Positions 38,616 through 52,463 are shown, counted from the whole stretch's first letter. The stretch: 63,108 nt of DNA, filler included, from Blastocystis sp. subtype 4 (GCF_000743755.1; 23 parts of 23 records of this genome joined end to end with filler, not necessarily neighbours in it), one strand, 5' to 3'. A program made the numbers and translations. Notes: a model not told the origin generated them from the letters alone.

Positions 38616-38907
38616 NNNNNNNNNNNNNNNNNNNNNNNNNNNNNNNNNNNNNNNNNNNNTTAATTAATTAANNNNNNNNNNNNNNNNNNNNNNNNNNNNN
38701 NNNNNNNNNNNNNNNACTGATCTCCCAAATCTGATACAAATCGATGTTGTCGATGTAGAATCCTTTGACCTGATTCATGTCTCTCTTGTTCTGAGGACAC
38801 ACTCTATGAATTGAATGTTTATGTCATTGAGTGTTGATTTACTAGTTTGATCACATCACAAACAGATACAACTGAATAGATGATTACTAATACAGATTTG
38901 AGGTCTA

Positions 38908-41120
38908 TTACGATGAATGAGAAGGAGTTGGATTATCATAAACTGTGAACATGTTAGGAGGATTATCAACTGGAACAGATGATTTGTTGGTTTGAGGAGT
39001 ATGATTTGAGTTGGTTTGATATGAGATTGGAAGCTTCCGAGACCGATGCTTCCGATACAAATGTATATGAGACTTCTTTCGAATGATAAGAATGAGAATG
39101 AGAATGAGAATGATAAGAATAGAAAGAGAGATGAGAATGATAGTGAGAGTGGATAGAGCATTGACAGTAAAGGATAGTTGAGTTTGAATGAATCCGAGTT
39201 GATTGGAAGCCTGAATAGTGATAGATGTAGATGGGAATGTAGATGAAGGAATACCAGAAATGATTCCAGTTGATTGATTGAGAGATAGACCAGGAGGAAG
39301 AGTTCCTGAAGTGATTGTGAATACAGGATTGTCTCCTGAAATGATTGGAGAGACTGAGAATGATTGTCCTTTGATGAGAGTGAATGAGAATTGAGAATAA
39401 TGAAGATTGGATAGAGGAATAATGACTAGAATGGAGATTGTGAATTGAGTTGATCCGACTTGATTAGATGCTTGAATGGTGATGTTTGTGAGAGGAATGG
39501 AAGATAGAGGAGTTCCAGATATGATTCCTGTTGATGAATTGATAGATAGACCAACAGGAAGAGATCCAGAGATAATGGAGAATGATAGATCATCTCCTTC
39601 ACAGGTGGGAGTTGTACTGAAATAGGTGTTGTTTTGAATGATGAAGATGGTTTGATTGTAGTTGAGAGATGAAGGAATGAGTTGAATAGTGAATGAAAGA
39701 GAGAATGATTGATCACTCACTTCATTGAATGTTTTGATTGTGACTGATTGAGATGATACTGATTGAGAAGGAGTTCCTGATATCATTCCAGTTGATGGAT
39801 TGATAGATAGACCAATAGGAAGCGATCCTGATGCGAGGGAGAAAAAAGGACAGGACTGGTCCCTTGTACAGTTGGTAAAACTGAATAATCTTCTCCTAGA
39901 ACAAGGATGTAAGAAGTCCGAGGATAAGAGAATGAAGAAACAGGAATTAGAACAGAAAAAGAAAGAGTGAATGATTGATCACTCACTTCATTTGAGGCCT
40001 TGATTGTGACCAACTGTGATATAACAAACTGAGAAGGAGTTCCTGATATCATTCCAGTTGTTGAATTGATATATAGACCAATGGGAAGAGATCCTGATGT
40101 GATAGAGAATGATAGTTGATCTCTATTGACTGTAGGAGTGATAGAAAATGATTCATCTATTAAAACAGTAAATGAAGTTTGAGAATAGCTAAGTGAAGTA
40201 ATAGAAGTGATGATGGTAATAGAAAGAGAGAATGATTGATCACTCACTTGATTTGAGGCCTTGATTGTGATGGATTGAGATACGACTAATTGAGAAGGGA
40301 TTCCTAATATCACTCCAGTTGATTCATTGAGTGTCAAACCTGTAGGAAGTGATCCTGAAGTGATAGAGAATGATAATTTATCTCCATCAACAGCAGGAGT
40401 CACAGAGAATGACTGATCTTTTGCGAGAACATAAGCAGCATAAGGATAGGAGAATGAAGAAATGGAAGTGAGTACTGTAAATATGAGTGTAACAGAAAGA
40501 TCACTCACTTCATTGAATGCTTTGATTGTGACTGAATGAGATATCACAAATAGAGAAGGAAACCCTGAGATGACTCCAGTTGATGGGCTTAGAGATAATC
40601 CAATAGGAAGTGATCCTGATGTAATCGAGAAAGACAAGTCATCACCAGTGATTGAAGGAGTAGCCGAAAAAGGACGATTCTTTGACAGAATGTAAGTTGA
40701 TTGAGGATATGAGAACACTGAGATGGATTGAAGAATGGTAAATGAAAGGATGAATGATTTATCATTGACATCATTCGATGCTTTGATAGTAACTGATTGC
40801 GATATAATGACTAGAGATGGAATTCCAGATACCATTCCAGTTAAAGGATTAAGAGATAATCCAATAGGAAGAGATCCTGATATGATAGAGAAAAAAGGAT
40901 CACTTCCAATGACAGTGGGAAAAACAGAGAATGATTCACCAGCTGATAGGATATAGGATGATTGAGGATAAGATAATGAAGAGATAGGAGTGATAACAGT
41001 GAATGAAAGAACAACAGTTTCAATTGCTGTTCCACTCATTGCTTCAATTGTGACTGATTGAGAAGAGAGTAATTGAGAAGGAGATCCAGAGATGACTCCA
41101 GTTGATGGATTGATAGATAG
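38908..41120 (-). CDS. Tandem putative-Ig (He_PIG-like) repeat surface protein, C-terminal part with TM helix; frameshift near 39835
   Basis: Multiple SGSLPIGLS..TG.ISG.P repeats; TM IILISLSILIILILILILII. Segments are near-identical to 23544-24250. Confidence 0.8.
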
Positions 41121-41233
41121 NNNNNNNNNNNNNNNNNNNNNNNNNNNNNNNNNNNNNNNNNNNNTTAATTAATTAANNNNNNNNNNNNNNNNNNNNNNNN
41201 NNNNNNNNNNNNNNNNNNNNTAACAAACACATA

Positions 41234-42738
41234 CTAAAACAAACTTCCTAACTGATAACGAATCACTACTGCAAGACATGAACAAGCCACTTGAAGGATT
41301 AGAAGACATCGTGTTAGAGTCTTCTCTGACATTGGTCCAAACCACTTCAAAAACACATTGATCAGAGTAAAGTTGATATGATTGTAGTAACGACTCTTCT
41401 CATCATCTGATATCACACTGGGCTGTAACAAGCCAGTTTCAGGATTGATTCTATCTAACAGAACGTGATCAATAGTACTTTGGAAGTCGATGACGAGGAC
41501 AAGGAACCAGCCCAAAAAGTTGAGGGAGAGAAATAAGGAAGTTCACAAGTTGAGGAATAAAGAACAACAAAAGAGATTTGCTGAAGTGTCCGAAGATTCC
41601 CACCTACGGATGACATAAGCTTCTTATAGTCACAGCAGCAAATGTGACACCTGCCGAATATGTGAAGGTATCTCCTACAAACACTCTAGCTGGATAACAA
41701 TTGAAATCAAAGAGAGCAAGAGACGAAGCAATGAACGGGATGATAATCATGGCTGAGAAGATATGGTTCTGGACATAATGAGCATCACCTCCTATTAGAA
41801 TATCAATGATATTAATGAATAACAAGGAACAAGCAATCACAATAGACTATCTCTCATATTCTTCACTCACTCTTACCTGACCCACTTCAAGACCATTTAC
41901 CCCAGCATAAATATTGATACTATTGGTACAGAAGATACACAGTAATACAATGTACACATAGTACCAGCCATCTACACTTCAATACTACCTCCTCCCATAC
42001 GAAGATCAATCCCTGTACCATATGGATCTCCACTCACTTCAGCGAACAGAGATACAAATTGACCCAGAAGTGTTAGATCAGTTTTGGAGGTACCCAGAAT
42101 GCGACCGAAGAAACTATGATTGAGAACAATAGGTTTCGTTACGATGGTAATGCAATGGTAGTTGACCCATGCTGGGACCAATAGGCCTGGGCAAGAGGAA
42201 GAGTTGCAACACAGGGGATGATCAACTTATATCTCCAACGCAACTCCAACACATCATCAACAAACCCTAACAATGTCATTAAACTGATAGACAAAATAGC
42301 TGCATTATACTCAGCCATCTACATGAAACAACTGACTCTCTCACTACTCGATCATTACTTGTAGCTGTAATCATTTCGATAAGGATCAATGAGAGAATTT
42401 GAATCATTGCAGTCACAATTCCAAGGGATTCGGGTCTATACATCAACGAATACATTTTCTCTAACATTTTCTTATCTTCAGAGTTGAGTCCTTTCTTACA
42501 CAAATCTCGTCCCCATAGTCCCGCTTTCTCTGTCATTGGCATAAACACTGGAATCAAGGAATAAGATGTGTAAAATGTGATAGGAGATGATACAAATGCG
42601 ATTATCAAAGATGAGATATCCTAAATCTCATTCTAATAGGACAAGACTCACATGAAGCTTATCGGATCCAACAATAAGAATGACAGCAAGTGATAGATAG
42701 ATACTGATAAGTACCAATGTCTCACCCTTCAGTACCAT
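41234..42738 (-). CDS. DPAGT1: UDP-GlcNAc:dolichyl-phosphate GlcNAc-1-P transferase (multi-exon)
   Basis: [48 protein letters not shown] and NFTLIN. Confidence 0.93.
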
Positions 42739-42825
42739 TTCAAGAATGGAAAATGAACTCTCTTGTAAATAGAATAAACAATTCATTAAATCATAGTACA
42801 ATGAGCACATACAAGTTGCACACAC

Positions 42826-43409
42826 TTAATCCTTCTCCTTGATAGGATTGATCTTCATCAATGCCAGTTGTCGAGTAATAGTCTGCTTGTTTGTTTCGTA
42901 AACGTATCCATTCATTATCATCTCATCGAGGATGTAATGCACCTTTTCTAGATTGAACATCACCTACTTGTTAATGAAACCCTTACAATCAGAATCGAAA
43001 GGATATATCCAATTCTGTCTACGATCACAACTGAAACACAATTACATACCAATTTTGAAAAGTACAATTCCAATGTTTCGACGAATACATCAATAAACGA
43101 CAAGAGAGAAAGAGCATTCTACTTCTTAACGAAGAATCAAAAACTCACTTCATTACTGTTCAGATCAGTAGCGATCATATACACTAAATTGTTTACCATC
43201 TTATAGACACATTTGTAGTTACGATGCTCAAACACATTACACTACGATCATCATTCAGTCTTAAACACAACCTGATCCTCTCGTCTACCCATAAACATTC
43301 TTGTAACCTCTCCTTCAAGAGTAGCTCGCTCTTTTGCATGTTGGAATGTGTAGTATTGAGCAAATCGTGTTTGTCCTAACTTGTTGAAAATGAGAAAGAA
43401 CTGGATCAT
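42826..43409 (-). CDS. AP4S1: Adaptor complex sigma subunit, AP-4 type (multi-exon)
   Basis: MIQFFLIFNKLGQTRFAQYY...MFNLEKVHYILDEMIMNGYVYETNK; missed by the ORF track. Confidence 0.8.
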
Positions 43410-43686
43410 TCACTAATTCGTCTCCACAATTGATCTTCGATGAGAAAATGACGATTAAAGAATTGTCGATGAAACTCCTGTTTGATAAAGGGGTAAAATG
43501 ACTAATCTCTAAAAATTGTAGGCTTATTATCAATCAAGGTGTATCAATTCGATTCTCTGCTTCACAATTCCAAGAGCAGAATTCTTNNNNNNNNNNNNNN
43601 NNNNNNNNNNNNNNNNNNNNNNNNNNNNNNTTAATTAATTAANNNNNNNNNNNNNNNNNNNNNNNNNNNNNNNNNNNNNNNNNNNN

Positions 43687-44110
43687 ATGTGTTGTGGTGA
43701 CTTGTAGAGATCGTGCCAAGACTGCTCAAGCATTTGCAATGTCCGACTTCTCTTCTACGATTAGTCAATTGATGTCCAAGTGGAATGATCCGAATGCTGA
43801 TGCTGCTACTCGTGTACAGCAGAAGTTGGATGCTGTGAAGGGCGTTATGATTGACAATATTGGTTGAACTGGATTGTTGGTGTGAGATGTAGATAAGATT
43901 ATTGATCGAGGTGAAAAATTGGATATTATCGTAGATAAAACAGATGCTTTAGCAGATACTGCTGATGTAAGAGTGAGAGAGATTGGATTAACTGTAGTTG
44001 TTCCGTTCGGATGCCAAGAAATTGAAGTGTGAGGAATTGAAGAAGAAGCTGAGACTGTAATCATTATCGTTATTATCCTTCTCATTGTAATTATGAATTC
44101 GGGAAAGTAA
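43687..44110 (+). CDS. VAMP7: VAMP7-like 3' part; second copy or haplotype of 35758-36130
   Basis: About 370 nt nearly identical to the end of the 33714-36130 contig; continues into a TM-like IIIVIILLIVIM that is out of frame by 1 nt. Confidence 0.75.
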
Positions 44111-44140
44111 TTGTGTATTCTGTTTGGTTCCAAACAATCC

Positions 44141-45137
44141 ATAGTACATTCAGATTCATAGGTCCATTGAGTTTGTGAGCATTGCGACGATGTACAGTCT
44201 CACAAATGTCCTTGTAATGGTTCCATTCTTTCAATGTCTCTTCATCCATTGATTCCACAAAACCCTTCTGATCTTCCTCACTCTGTTTCAGATACCATCC
44301 TGTATACAATTCCACAAAGTCATAACTCACTCCCAATTCTTCTTCATCTGTCTGACCATCCCATAGATCAGCAGAAGGAGGAGAACGCAGAATACTCTCA
44401 GGAACACCTAACTCAGCTCCAACTTTGAACACTTCACTCTTGTGGAGGTCACTGATCAACTGTACATCCACAACACCATCTCCTGCTTTACAGAAATATC
44501 CCAAATAACCATCTTCATCATGATTCCCTGTTCCCAGCACAATGCACGGAGTTCCACCTTGGCTCAACAACTGAGCAACATAATAACCAACTGGAGTTCG
44601 CTGACTATCACTCTATCAACACAAACTTACCATATACGAACGGAGTTGACCACTAGCAAAGGCCTGACCTTCAACTCCAACACTATCATCAACTATCTTC
44701 TTCTAGCTCTTATAAGACATTAAAGAGTCATACAAGACTATCAAACACACTTGTCTGATCGATCACAACCAATTCAACTCCAAATGCCTTTGCACACTCT
44801 GCAGCACGATCATATGCCCATTGGGAACTATGAATTGGTTGAGATATCCCAAGAATGCGCTTTAGTGGCGAAGAAGGAAGATCCATCGAACGTTTCATTA
44901 ATCCTAATGTCACTGCTGAATCAATCCCTCCCGATACAGATACTCTAGGGCTCAAAATCACTCGATATCACAAACACAGCTGCTTTTAGTCCACACCGTT
45001 TCATATAGTCATTAAACAGTGTACACTTATCATTAATCCATTTTGCTGCATTGAAATTGCGTTCTTTCTGTTTCATTCAAACAAATCCTCATTCATACGC
45101 GGTACACATCAAGAGCATGTTGAAGAAATTCTTTCAT
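44141..45137 (-). CDS. nadE: NH3-dependent NAD+ synthetase (single-domain NadE), multi-exon
   Basis: VSGGIDSAV, GTGNHDEDGYLGYFCKAGDG, DLHKSEV and PPSADLWDGQTDEEELG. No glutaminase domain. The end is placed at the putative poly(A)-created stop. Confidence 0.9.
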
Positions 45138-45352
45138 TTGAATAACCTCGATCTGAAGAGAAAACTCCTTCCAATAATCAACAATGATCGATTTCTATTA
45201 TAATCATATCCAATCAATCACTAAACAGATAGAGATGAAGATCAATAACTACAGATGATTTTGTTGATTTGAATATGGAATTGATTGAAGTGAAGTCATT
45301 GAAATCAAGTAGAAGAGGACAAAGTGATTGTCAGAATTGACTCTTGTTGCTC

Positions 45353-45798
45353 ATGATCTGTATTCCATTGGTTTTAAATGAATCAGGACAAGAAACTGTT
45401 GATTCAAAGGAAGGAAATGATGACTAGTGGGTACTTATTGAGTTGCAAGGCAAACTACATAACATTGATGGAGATGGATTTTGTGGAATTGATTTGGGAA
45501 CATTAGGATGGGTGGATGTGAGTATTTGTTGACTCAGAATGAAGTGAAGGGAAATCCAGTACTGACAATTGGAAATCATTTATGCGAGGGTAAAGTGATC
45601 AAATTGCGAAAACCACTTGCAAGTGAGTCTTGAAGGATTTGTTGAATGTAGTTATGCGACGAATCAAGAAAACAGAGTCTTCAGAAGCAGGTCTAATAGT
45701 AGAAAGGAGACTAATGACTAGGTGTGGAATATGTAGTTGAGGCAATGATAAAGGAGAAGTATCTGTTCAGTGCTCGTCCTAGGCCTTTGCTTCGATGA
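45353..45798 (+). CDS. CTF8: Chromosome transmission fidelity protein 8 (multi-exon)
   Basis: WVLIELQGKL...LTIGNHLCEGKVIKLRKPLA...IKEKYLFSARPRP*; missed by the ORF track. Confidence 0.85.
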
Positions 45799-46166
45799 GA
45801 GTTGGAGTAGTCTTTGCAGAATCTGTGATAATAGTACTATGCTGTGTAAATTGTCCTATATATCTGTTTTTGAATGGATATTTGTTTATTAAAGTCAAAA
45901 CAAATGAGAATGGATAGAACACTTCGGAATAGGCAGTGGCGAATCATGCAGTTGAATTTACAGTGACTGAATCGACCGTGAAGTGCTTTTTGGACAGAAA
46001 GCGGTTTGGTTGTTTGGGAGAGTTAGAGGATGGTATGTAGATGAATATAANNNNNNNNNNNNNNNNNNNNNNNNNNNNNNNNNNNNNNNNNNNNTTAATT
46101 AATTAANNNNNNNNNNNNNNNNNNNNNNNNNNNNNNNNNNNNNNNNNNNNCTGTGTCCTAACATCA

Positions 46167-48025
46167 TTACCACTTATTCTCTCTCCATCCAGAGATAGCG
46201 ACATTTGATAAGCCTTGAAAATGGACACTCTCACTCAATTCCAGAAAAACAACAGATTCTGTTGAGTGTTTCAAACAAAGAAATAAATGATAGAATTGTT
46301 TCACACAGTCAAAGCAGATATGGGAAATGTAGTTACGAATGAAAGGAAGATCATTGGGAATCACGCTAATTCGACTATTTCGAAGCGGTAAACTAGATCA
46401 AAGTACATACAAACCCTTACTCTTGAATATCCTTAGGCATAATATTGCCTGCAGGTGCATTCAAAGCTTCAGCCACAAAGTATGGGAACTTGCCAGGATG
46501 AGCGCTATTAGGGCAAATCACAGTGCACTCCAAGGAAGATTGATTCACAACATTTTCAAAAGCCTCTTCAAGATTCGGTCGTTGAGACTCATAGAATGCA
46601 TCAATATCAAAGGAATCCATCGTTTGTTTGTGTTTCTTGATATAATCAAGGACATAGAGAGCAATAGCAAAGCTTGTAGCAGCATTGGGACAAACGAGAT
46701 ATCTACCTATCAGAAGCAAAGTCAATCGTACTGGAATGACGAATGATATAATAAATTGATCGATGTACTTGTGATTGTATCAACCACAGGAATAATCACC
46801 ACCGAAGGGAATGTCTTACGAACCATATCAACAGAAAACGAGACTAGTTCACCTCGGACAATCTGCTCCATGTAGGTTGAGACATCCGACTGAAGCATCC
46901 AATACAAGATCCTATTGTTCACTCTCTTATTTCGTTGTTACCGCTCCAGATTACTATGAATGAAACGAGGAGGATGATCCTGATCAACTTTGTGCATCTG
47001 ATAACTGCCATGACGGAAGAATCGTTCTGCTGCACTATCTGGACGGCATGAAATGATAATCTTCTCAATCGGAAGGCCCATCTTCTGACAAAGAAGCAAA
47101 GTATAGGTAGATTTGAGATTTGCTGCAGGAATAGCAAAACTTATGGGTTTAGGATAGGTTTGGCTATGGAAGTAGGCATAGAAACTAAGAGGGATCTCAC
47201 AAATCACTCGGGCAATGTTACAGCTATTGGCAGAAATCATATGAATACGATCACGATGCTTATTGTGTATCACCAAATCTTTTATGATCTGTAAAACTTC
47301 TCCAATTCCACTATTCTACAAATGGATCAAGATGATATGACCAACCTCCATGCAGAGACTATGTCCATTCGATGTGATATTACTAATCATTTCACGCTCT
47401 TGAATGTAGCCAATCTTGTTTCGAGGATAGATGCAGAATCCATTGACACGATAATCTATATAACCAGTTCCTGCAAGTGTTGAGGCTCCGGTATCACTAT
47501 CAGTTCCAACCAGAACGGCATAGACATGAAACTAGATCACACTAACGGGAAAAAACTACTTGATCGTGTTCTTCATCCTTTCGCACGAGGTATTTGAGGA
47601 ACTGGCCGATAAACTGCATTGAAAAGTCCTTCACATGATAAGTGGGACCATAGAACTCCTCCACAAAGTTCGTAGGACCTACTGACTTCATCTACAGTAA
47701 AAAGAGTGTGAATTCACGTACAGTAACCAACTCACGTTGATGAAAGTTTTCATACGACATTTTCAGAATCGTTTCCAATTCTTCTATGGGTACATCATCT
47801 TCGTCAATAAATATGGATAAGATAGCCAGAGAAAGATCATAGAAACTTAACTTCTATCCAATTATGCAAGATCACTTTCCATACACTCCATTTCAACATT
47901 GTCTCCTTCGAAATCACTGGAACATCTTTCGGACAGAAGAGACCTTCATCATCCGTATAGGAGTTTAGAAATGCTTCCGTAAATGAATATTCATGATTAT
48001 CTTTGCGTGTACTTATATACTTCAT
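46167..48025 (-). CDS. Threonine synthase-like protein (divergent), multi-exon
   Basis: MKYISTR..SFTEA...DEGLFCP, FYGPTYHVKD (PLP Lys), DTGAS, ANSCNIARV, SNLER and SAHPGKF. Confidence 0.8.
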
Positions 48026-48382
48026 CGTTTGAATACCACGCAAACAGGATTATGAACGACATTCTTCGTTCCTATTGAAATGTATGTAGAAAGACGTATC
48101 AAAGTGAATAGTGATCTCTTAATCGTCCTTATGTCAATCCACATTTCTTTATGGTTTCCTATTGATTACCTCGTGTTATACCATTGTGAAATCAATATCC
48201 TTCTGTTATGTCAAGATAAATGTGAATACTAAGGACAAAACAGAATAGGATACAATCTGTTTTTATTGCCCATAATTTACTATAATTCTTATAGTAAATT
48301 TAGGATCCGATCCATAATTACTCCATTTCCCCAATTGATAATGAGTCAAGAATAGCAGGTATACACTCATTTCACAAATAGA

Positions 48383-48503
48383 ATGTTGGCATCTGTTCCT
48401 GGAATGATCTCGAAGCGTGTCATGCCGTTGATGGTAAGTGTGTGGGTGTGTGTGAGTAATGAGTGTAGCGTGGTTTTGCTGGAGCTGTGGATTTGACGAA
48501 ACC
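48383..48503 (+). CDS. N-terminal fragment with a mitochondrial-type targeting peptide
   Basis: MLASVPGMISKRVMPLM|intron|RGFAGAVDLTK. Confidence 0.5.
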
Positions 48504-48794
48504 NNNNNNNNNNNNNNNNNNNNNNNNNNNNNNNNNNNNNNNNNNNNTTAATTAATTAANNNNNNNNNNNNNNNNNNNNNNNNNNNNNNNNNNNNNNNNN
48601 NNNAAAGAAAGAGTTGAAAGATAGCAATGTCTACAGCACTATCAACAGTTGAATATATGGACGTTGTCAGCCAATGACACCAAATTGACTTTTGTGATAT
48701 GACCTTTTCTAATGTCATTCCGACATGTTTTGTGTTTGTTGACAGAAATCATGGATTTTTCGTCACCTTCTTTTCCAATTATCTGAAGCAACCG

Positions 48795-50526
48795 ATGTCT
48801 ATTGATATTAATCCTGAGGAAATTGCAAACTCTTTAAAAACAGTAGGAAACGAGTATTTTGCAAGTAGAAATTCGTGACTGTCGAGATACGTAGAAAACG
48901 AATTTGGAAAAGCATGTGAAAAGTATTCAGAAGCTATCCAGATTTATCCAACTGCAATTCTCTATGGTATGGTATAGAGATAACTGTAAATGCATAGCCA
49001 ATCGTTCATTTTGTTATTTGAGAATGGAACGTTGTGGGGATGCTATTCGTGATGCTGATAAAGCTATTGAATTGGACCCTACTTATGCCAAAGGGTACAG
49101 GATTGTCTTATCATATAACCATTCAGATATTATCGTAGAGGAAGTGCGCACTATTACTCTAGTAATCTCCAGTACGCTTTGCAAGATTTCCGTGAGTGTT
49201 TGGCAAGGAACCCTGCTAATGTGTATATTATGGATGTCTGATCTATCTGTAGTGGAGTGAGAAAGAAGATTGAAGAGATCAAGAAACAACTCAAGAGAGC
49301 TGAATTTGATGCTGCTATTCACGTAGAAGCCATCTCCTTGGCTGATCAAATCAACCTCAAGGATCTCCGTCAGTCTAGTTGCATCGTGTCATACTTAGGT
49401 TTCTCGACAGAAATCGAAGGACCCACCATTGATTATGTAAACGACGGATCTAGTGTAGATGATTATACTATTACGGAGCGTTTTATTATGGACATGTTAC
49501 AATGGCATAAGGAAGAGAAGAAGATTCATATCAAGTTTGTGTACATTATTTTGATCAAGATCATTCGCTATCTACGCACGCTTCCTAACGTCATTGATGT
49601 GAATCTTCCTGAAGGAGATCAGAACACTTTCCGAGTGTGTGGTGATGTCCACGGTCAGTACTACGATTTTATCAATATCTTTAATCTTTTCGGATACCCA
49701 TCAGCTTCAGCTCCGTATTTATTCAATGGTACTTGTGATGATGAGATCTGAAAGACAGGCGATTTCACGGATCGAGGGAACTTTTCGGTCGAAGTTGCAC
49801 TAACATGCTTCTGTTATAAGTTGGTCAAACCTGACAGTTTCTATCTGTTGCGTGGTAATCATGAATCTCCTGTCGGTGCAATAAACCTTTCTTATGCGTA
49901 GATCAATAAGATGTTTGGATTTGAAGGGGAAGTAAAAGCCAAATATGACGGAAGGGTTATGCAGTTGTTCACCGAATGTTTCCAAGCACTTCCTCTAGCT
50001 GCAATTCTGAACAAGAAGGTGCTAATCCTTCATGGAGGTCTCTTCAAGCAGGATGGAGTCACCATTGCTGACATTCAGAAGATTGATCGTTTCACTGATT
50101 GCATGTCTGGACTCTTGGAAGATATTCTATGGTCGGATCCTATGGATGGACAAGGACGTCAGCCTTCACGTCGTGAGGCAGGAACGCTTTTCGGCGAAGA
50201 TGTTACAACTCGCTTCCTTAACGAGAATAACTTGGATTTACTAGTTAGATCACATGAAGTTAAAATGGAAGGCTATGACGTGCAACATAACATATCCTGC
50301 CTATTTGTATTTGAGGTGACTTAATTTGCACGGAAAGTGTATTACTATCTTTTCTGCTGCTAATTATTGTGATTCTACGGGAAACAAAGGAGCCCTTATC
50401 AAGTTTGATCATGACCTTAAGCCACACTTTGAACAGGTAATAGCTGAATTGTGGATCCATGAATAGTTTGAAGCAGTTCCTCATCCTGGACCTGGACCGA
50501 TGCGATATGCTCCTAAGATGTTTTAG
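48795..50526 (+). CDS. PPP5C: Ser/Thr protein phosphatase 5 (TPR plus PPP domain)
   Basis: TPRs ([19 protein letters not shown]), GDVHGQ, GDFTDRG, RGNHE, RSHE and C-terminal FEAVPHP. Confidence 0.95.
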
Positions 50527-50633
50527 TGGTTGTTCTTTGTTTGTTTGAAACGCATTGTGTTCATTCATTTTGAACAGAATACATATTTCTGCTTCATATC
50601 CTTTATATAGAGTCGTAATTGAAAATGAACACA

Positions 50634-50718
50634 GCTAGAATGCCCGAGTTGGTCCAAGGGGGTGGACTTAAGATCCTCTGTGTTCAGTCACTCGTGGGTT
50701 CGAACCCCACTTCTAGCA
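50634..50718 (+). tRNA. tRNA-Leu(TAA)
   Basis: Acceptor stem GCTAGAA/TTCTAGC plus A73, D-loop TGGTCCAAGG, anticodon loop CTTAAGA, long variable arm, GTTCGAACCC T-arm and a downstream T-run. Confidence 0.93.
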
Positions 50719-50767
50719 TTTTTTCTTGGTTGTTTTCTTTTTTTAAGAAACAATTCACGAAGACCCT

Positions 50768-50954
50768 TTAATTAACCTGAGGACCATAAGGAGAATAATC
50801 AGGAAGTCCAGGTACCTGGAACTGTTTGAAATGTTCCACGAACTTTCCAGCCAGCTTCAGAGCCACACGATCATATTCCTCCTTATCAGCCCATGTGTTA
50901 CGAGGCCACAACAGGTTATCATCCACACCTTCCACATGAGTAGGTACCTCCAGA
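50768..50954 (-). CDS. pckA: ATP-dependent PEP carboxykinase, C-terminal fragment
   Basis: [42 protein letters not shown]...GPQVN*. Confidence 0.88.
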
Positions 50955-52385
50955 NNNNNNNNNNNNNNNNNNNNNNNNNNNNNNNNNNNNNNNNNNNNTT
51001 AATTAATTAANNNNNNNNNNNNNNNNNNNNNNNNNNNNNNNNNNNNNNNNNNNNATTCACATCTTATTCACATCCTCTATTCTCAAACATCAATCAATCC
51101 AATACCAATCCCAAATCTCAATCTATTATCTTTCATAAACCATACTATTCTCTATCTCACATTCTTATACTCAATCAAAACCAATACACATCATTCTCAA
51201 TATCCAATGCTCTTTTCCACTTATCCTTCCATTCACATTCTTCACTTCATTTCTATCAACCACTTCATATCACTCACATACCCTAATCTCACCTACTCTA
51301 ACACATCATTACCATCTAACATCCAATCCATTATCTTCCAATAACCATTTCTTCATAACCAACGATTCTCTTCACACAATCTACATATCAACATACCATC
51401 ATCTCAATCCAACCATTCAAATCCAATCAAACTCACTTTTNNNNNNNNNNNNNNNNNNNNNNNNNNNNNNNAAATCATTGCTTTATCCATTCTTCATGCT
51501 TATCCACCATAATCAACAATCATATCCACTCACTGGACTCATAACAGACTTCATCCTTATCATTTCTCAATCATCTCATTTCTAACAGACTTATCAATCA
51601 TTACAACATACCTTCTCTACTTTCATTCATTTCACTCTTCAACCACCAAGCAAACACAATATCATTGTGTTCCTTGTACTCTTCAATCAACCTCCTTTCT
51701 AACAAATTCAATCATTCATTCTCTGAATGTCGAAGCTCAATGAGAAAACAATCTATTCAACTCATAGGAACACAATTCAACAACAACCCAGAATAGACAA
51801 TCATAACGAGATTTCTCTTCTTTCTTCATATATCATTTCAATCTCACAATCACCTTACAACTCATGTCTTCCAACAAACACACTATCTCAATCAACTAAC
51901 ACATACACAACTTCCGCTTCCAATTAACCATTCAACACCAACACCATCTACATCTTATCTTCAACTCTTTATCACACTCCTTCCATTCAATTCATAAACA
52001 CTACTGCTACTCATATCAACTCAACTCAGAATTCCAATATCTACTCTCAACTCAATTCATTACTCATACTCTACAAACACAACACATCCAATATACCTCA
52101 AACAATACCAACCACTATGCATTCACACAACATCATTCACATCTAATCATCATTCTTCATTCTATTCATCACTCTTCATTCTTACACTCTTTCCATAATT
52201 CAAACCACCTCTGCTATTCCATTTACCATCATCTCCTTCAAATGCTCCTTCTAACATATACATCAATTCAAATCTTACTACATCTCATTATTATTCATTC
52301 ATTCAATCATTACTCTCAAATCAAACTCAATCACAACCACCAAATCAATACATATCTGCCAATACATATCCATTCAACTCAACGC

Positions 52386-52463
52386 AACTCTTTCAATCAT
52401 TTCTCACATTCAAACTCTTTCAATCATTTCTCACATTCAAACTCTTTCAATCATTTCTCACAT
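52386..52463 (+). repeat. 27-bp tandem repeat, about 3 copies
   Basis: Unit AACTCTTTCAATCATTTCTCACATTCA. Confidence 0.9.
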
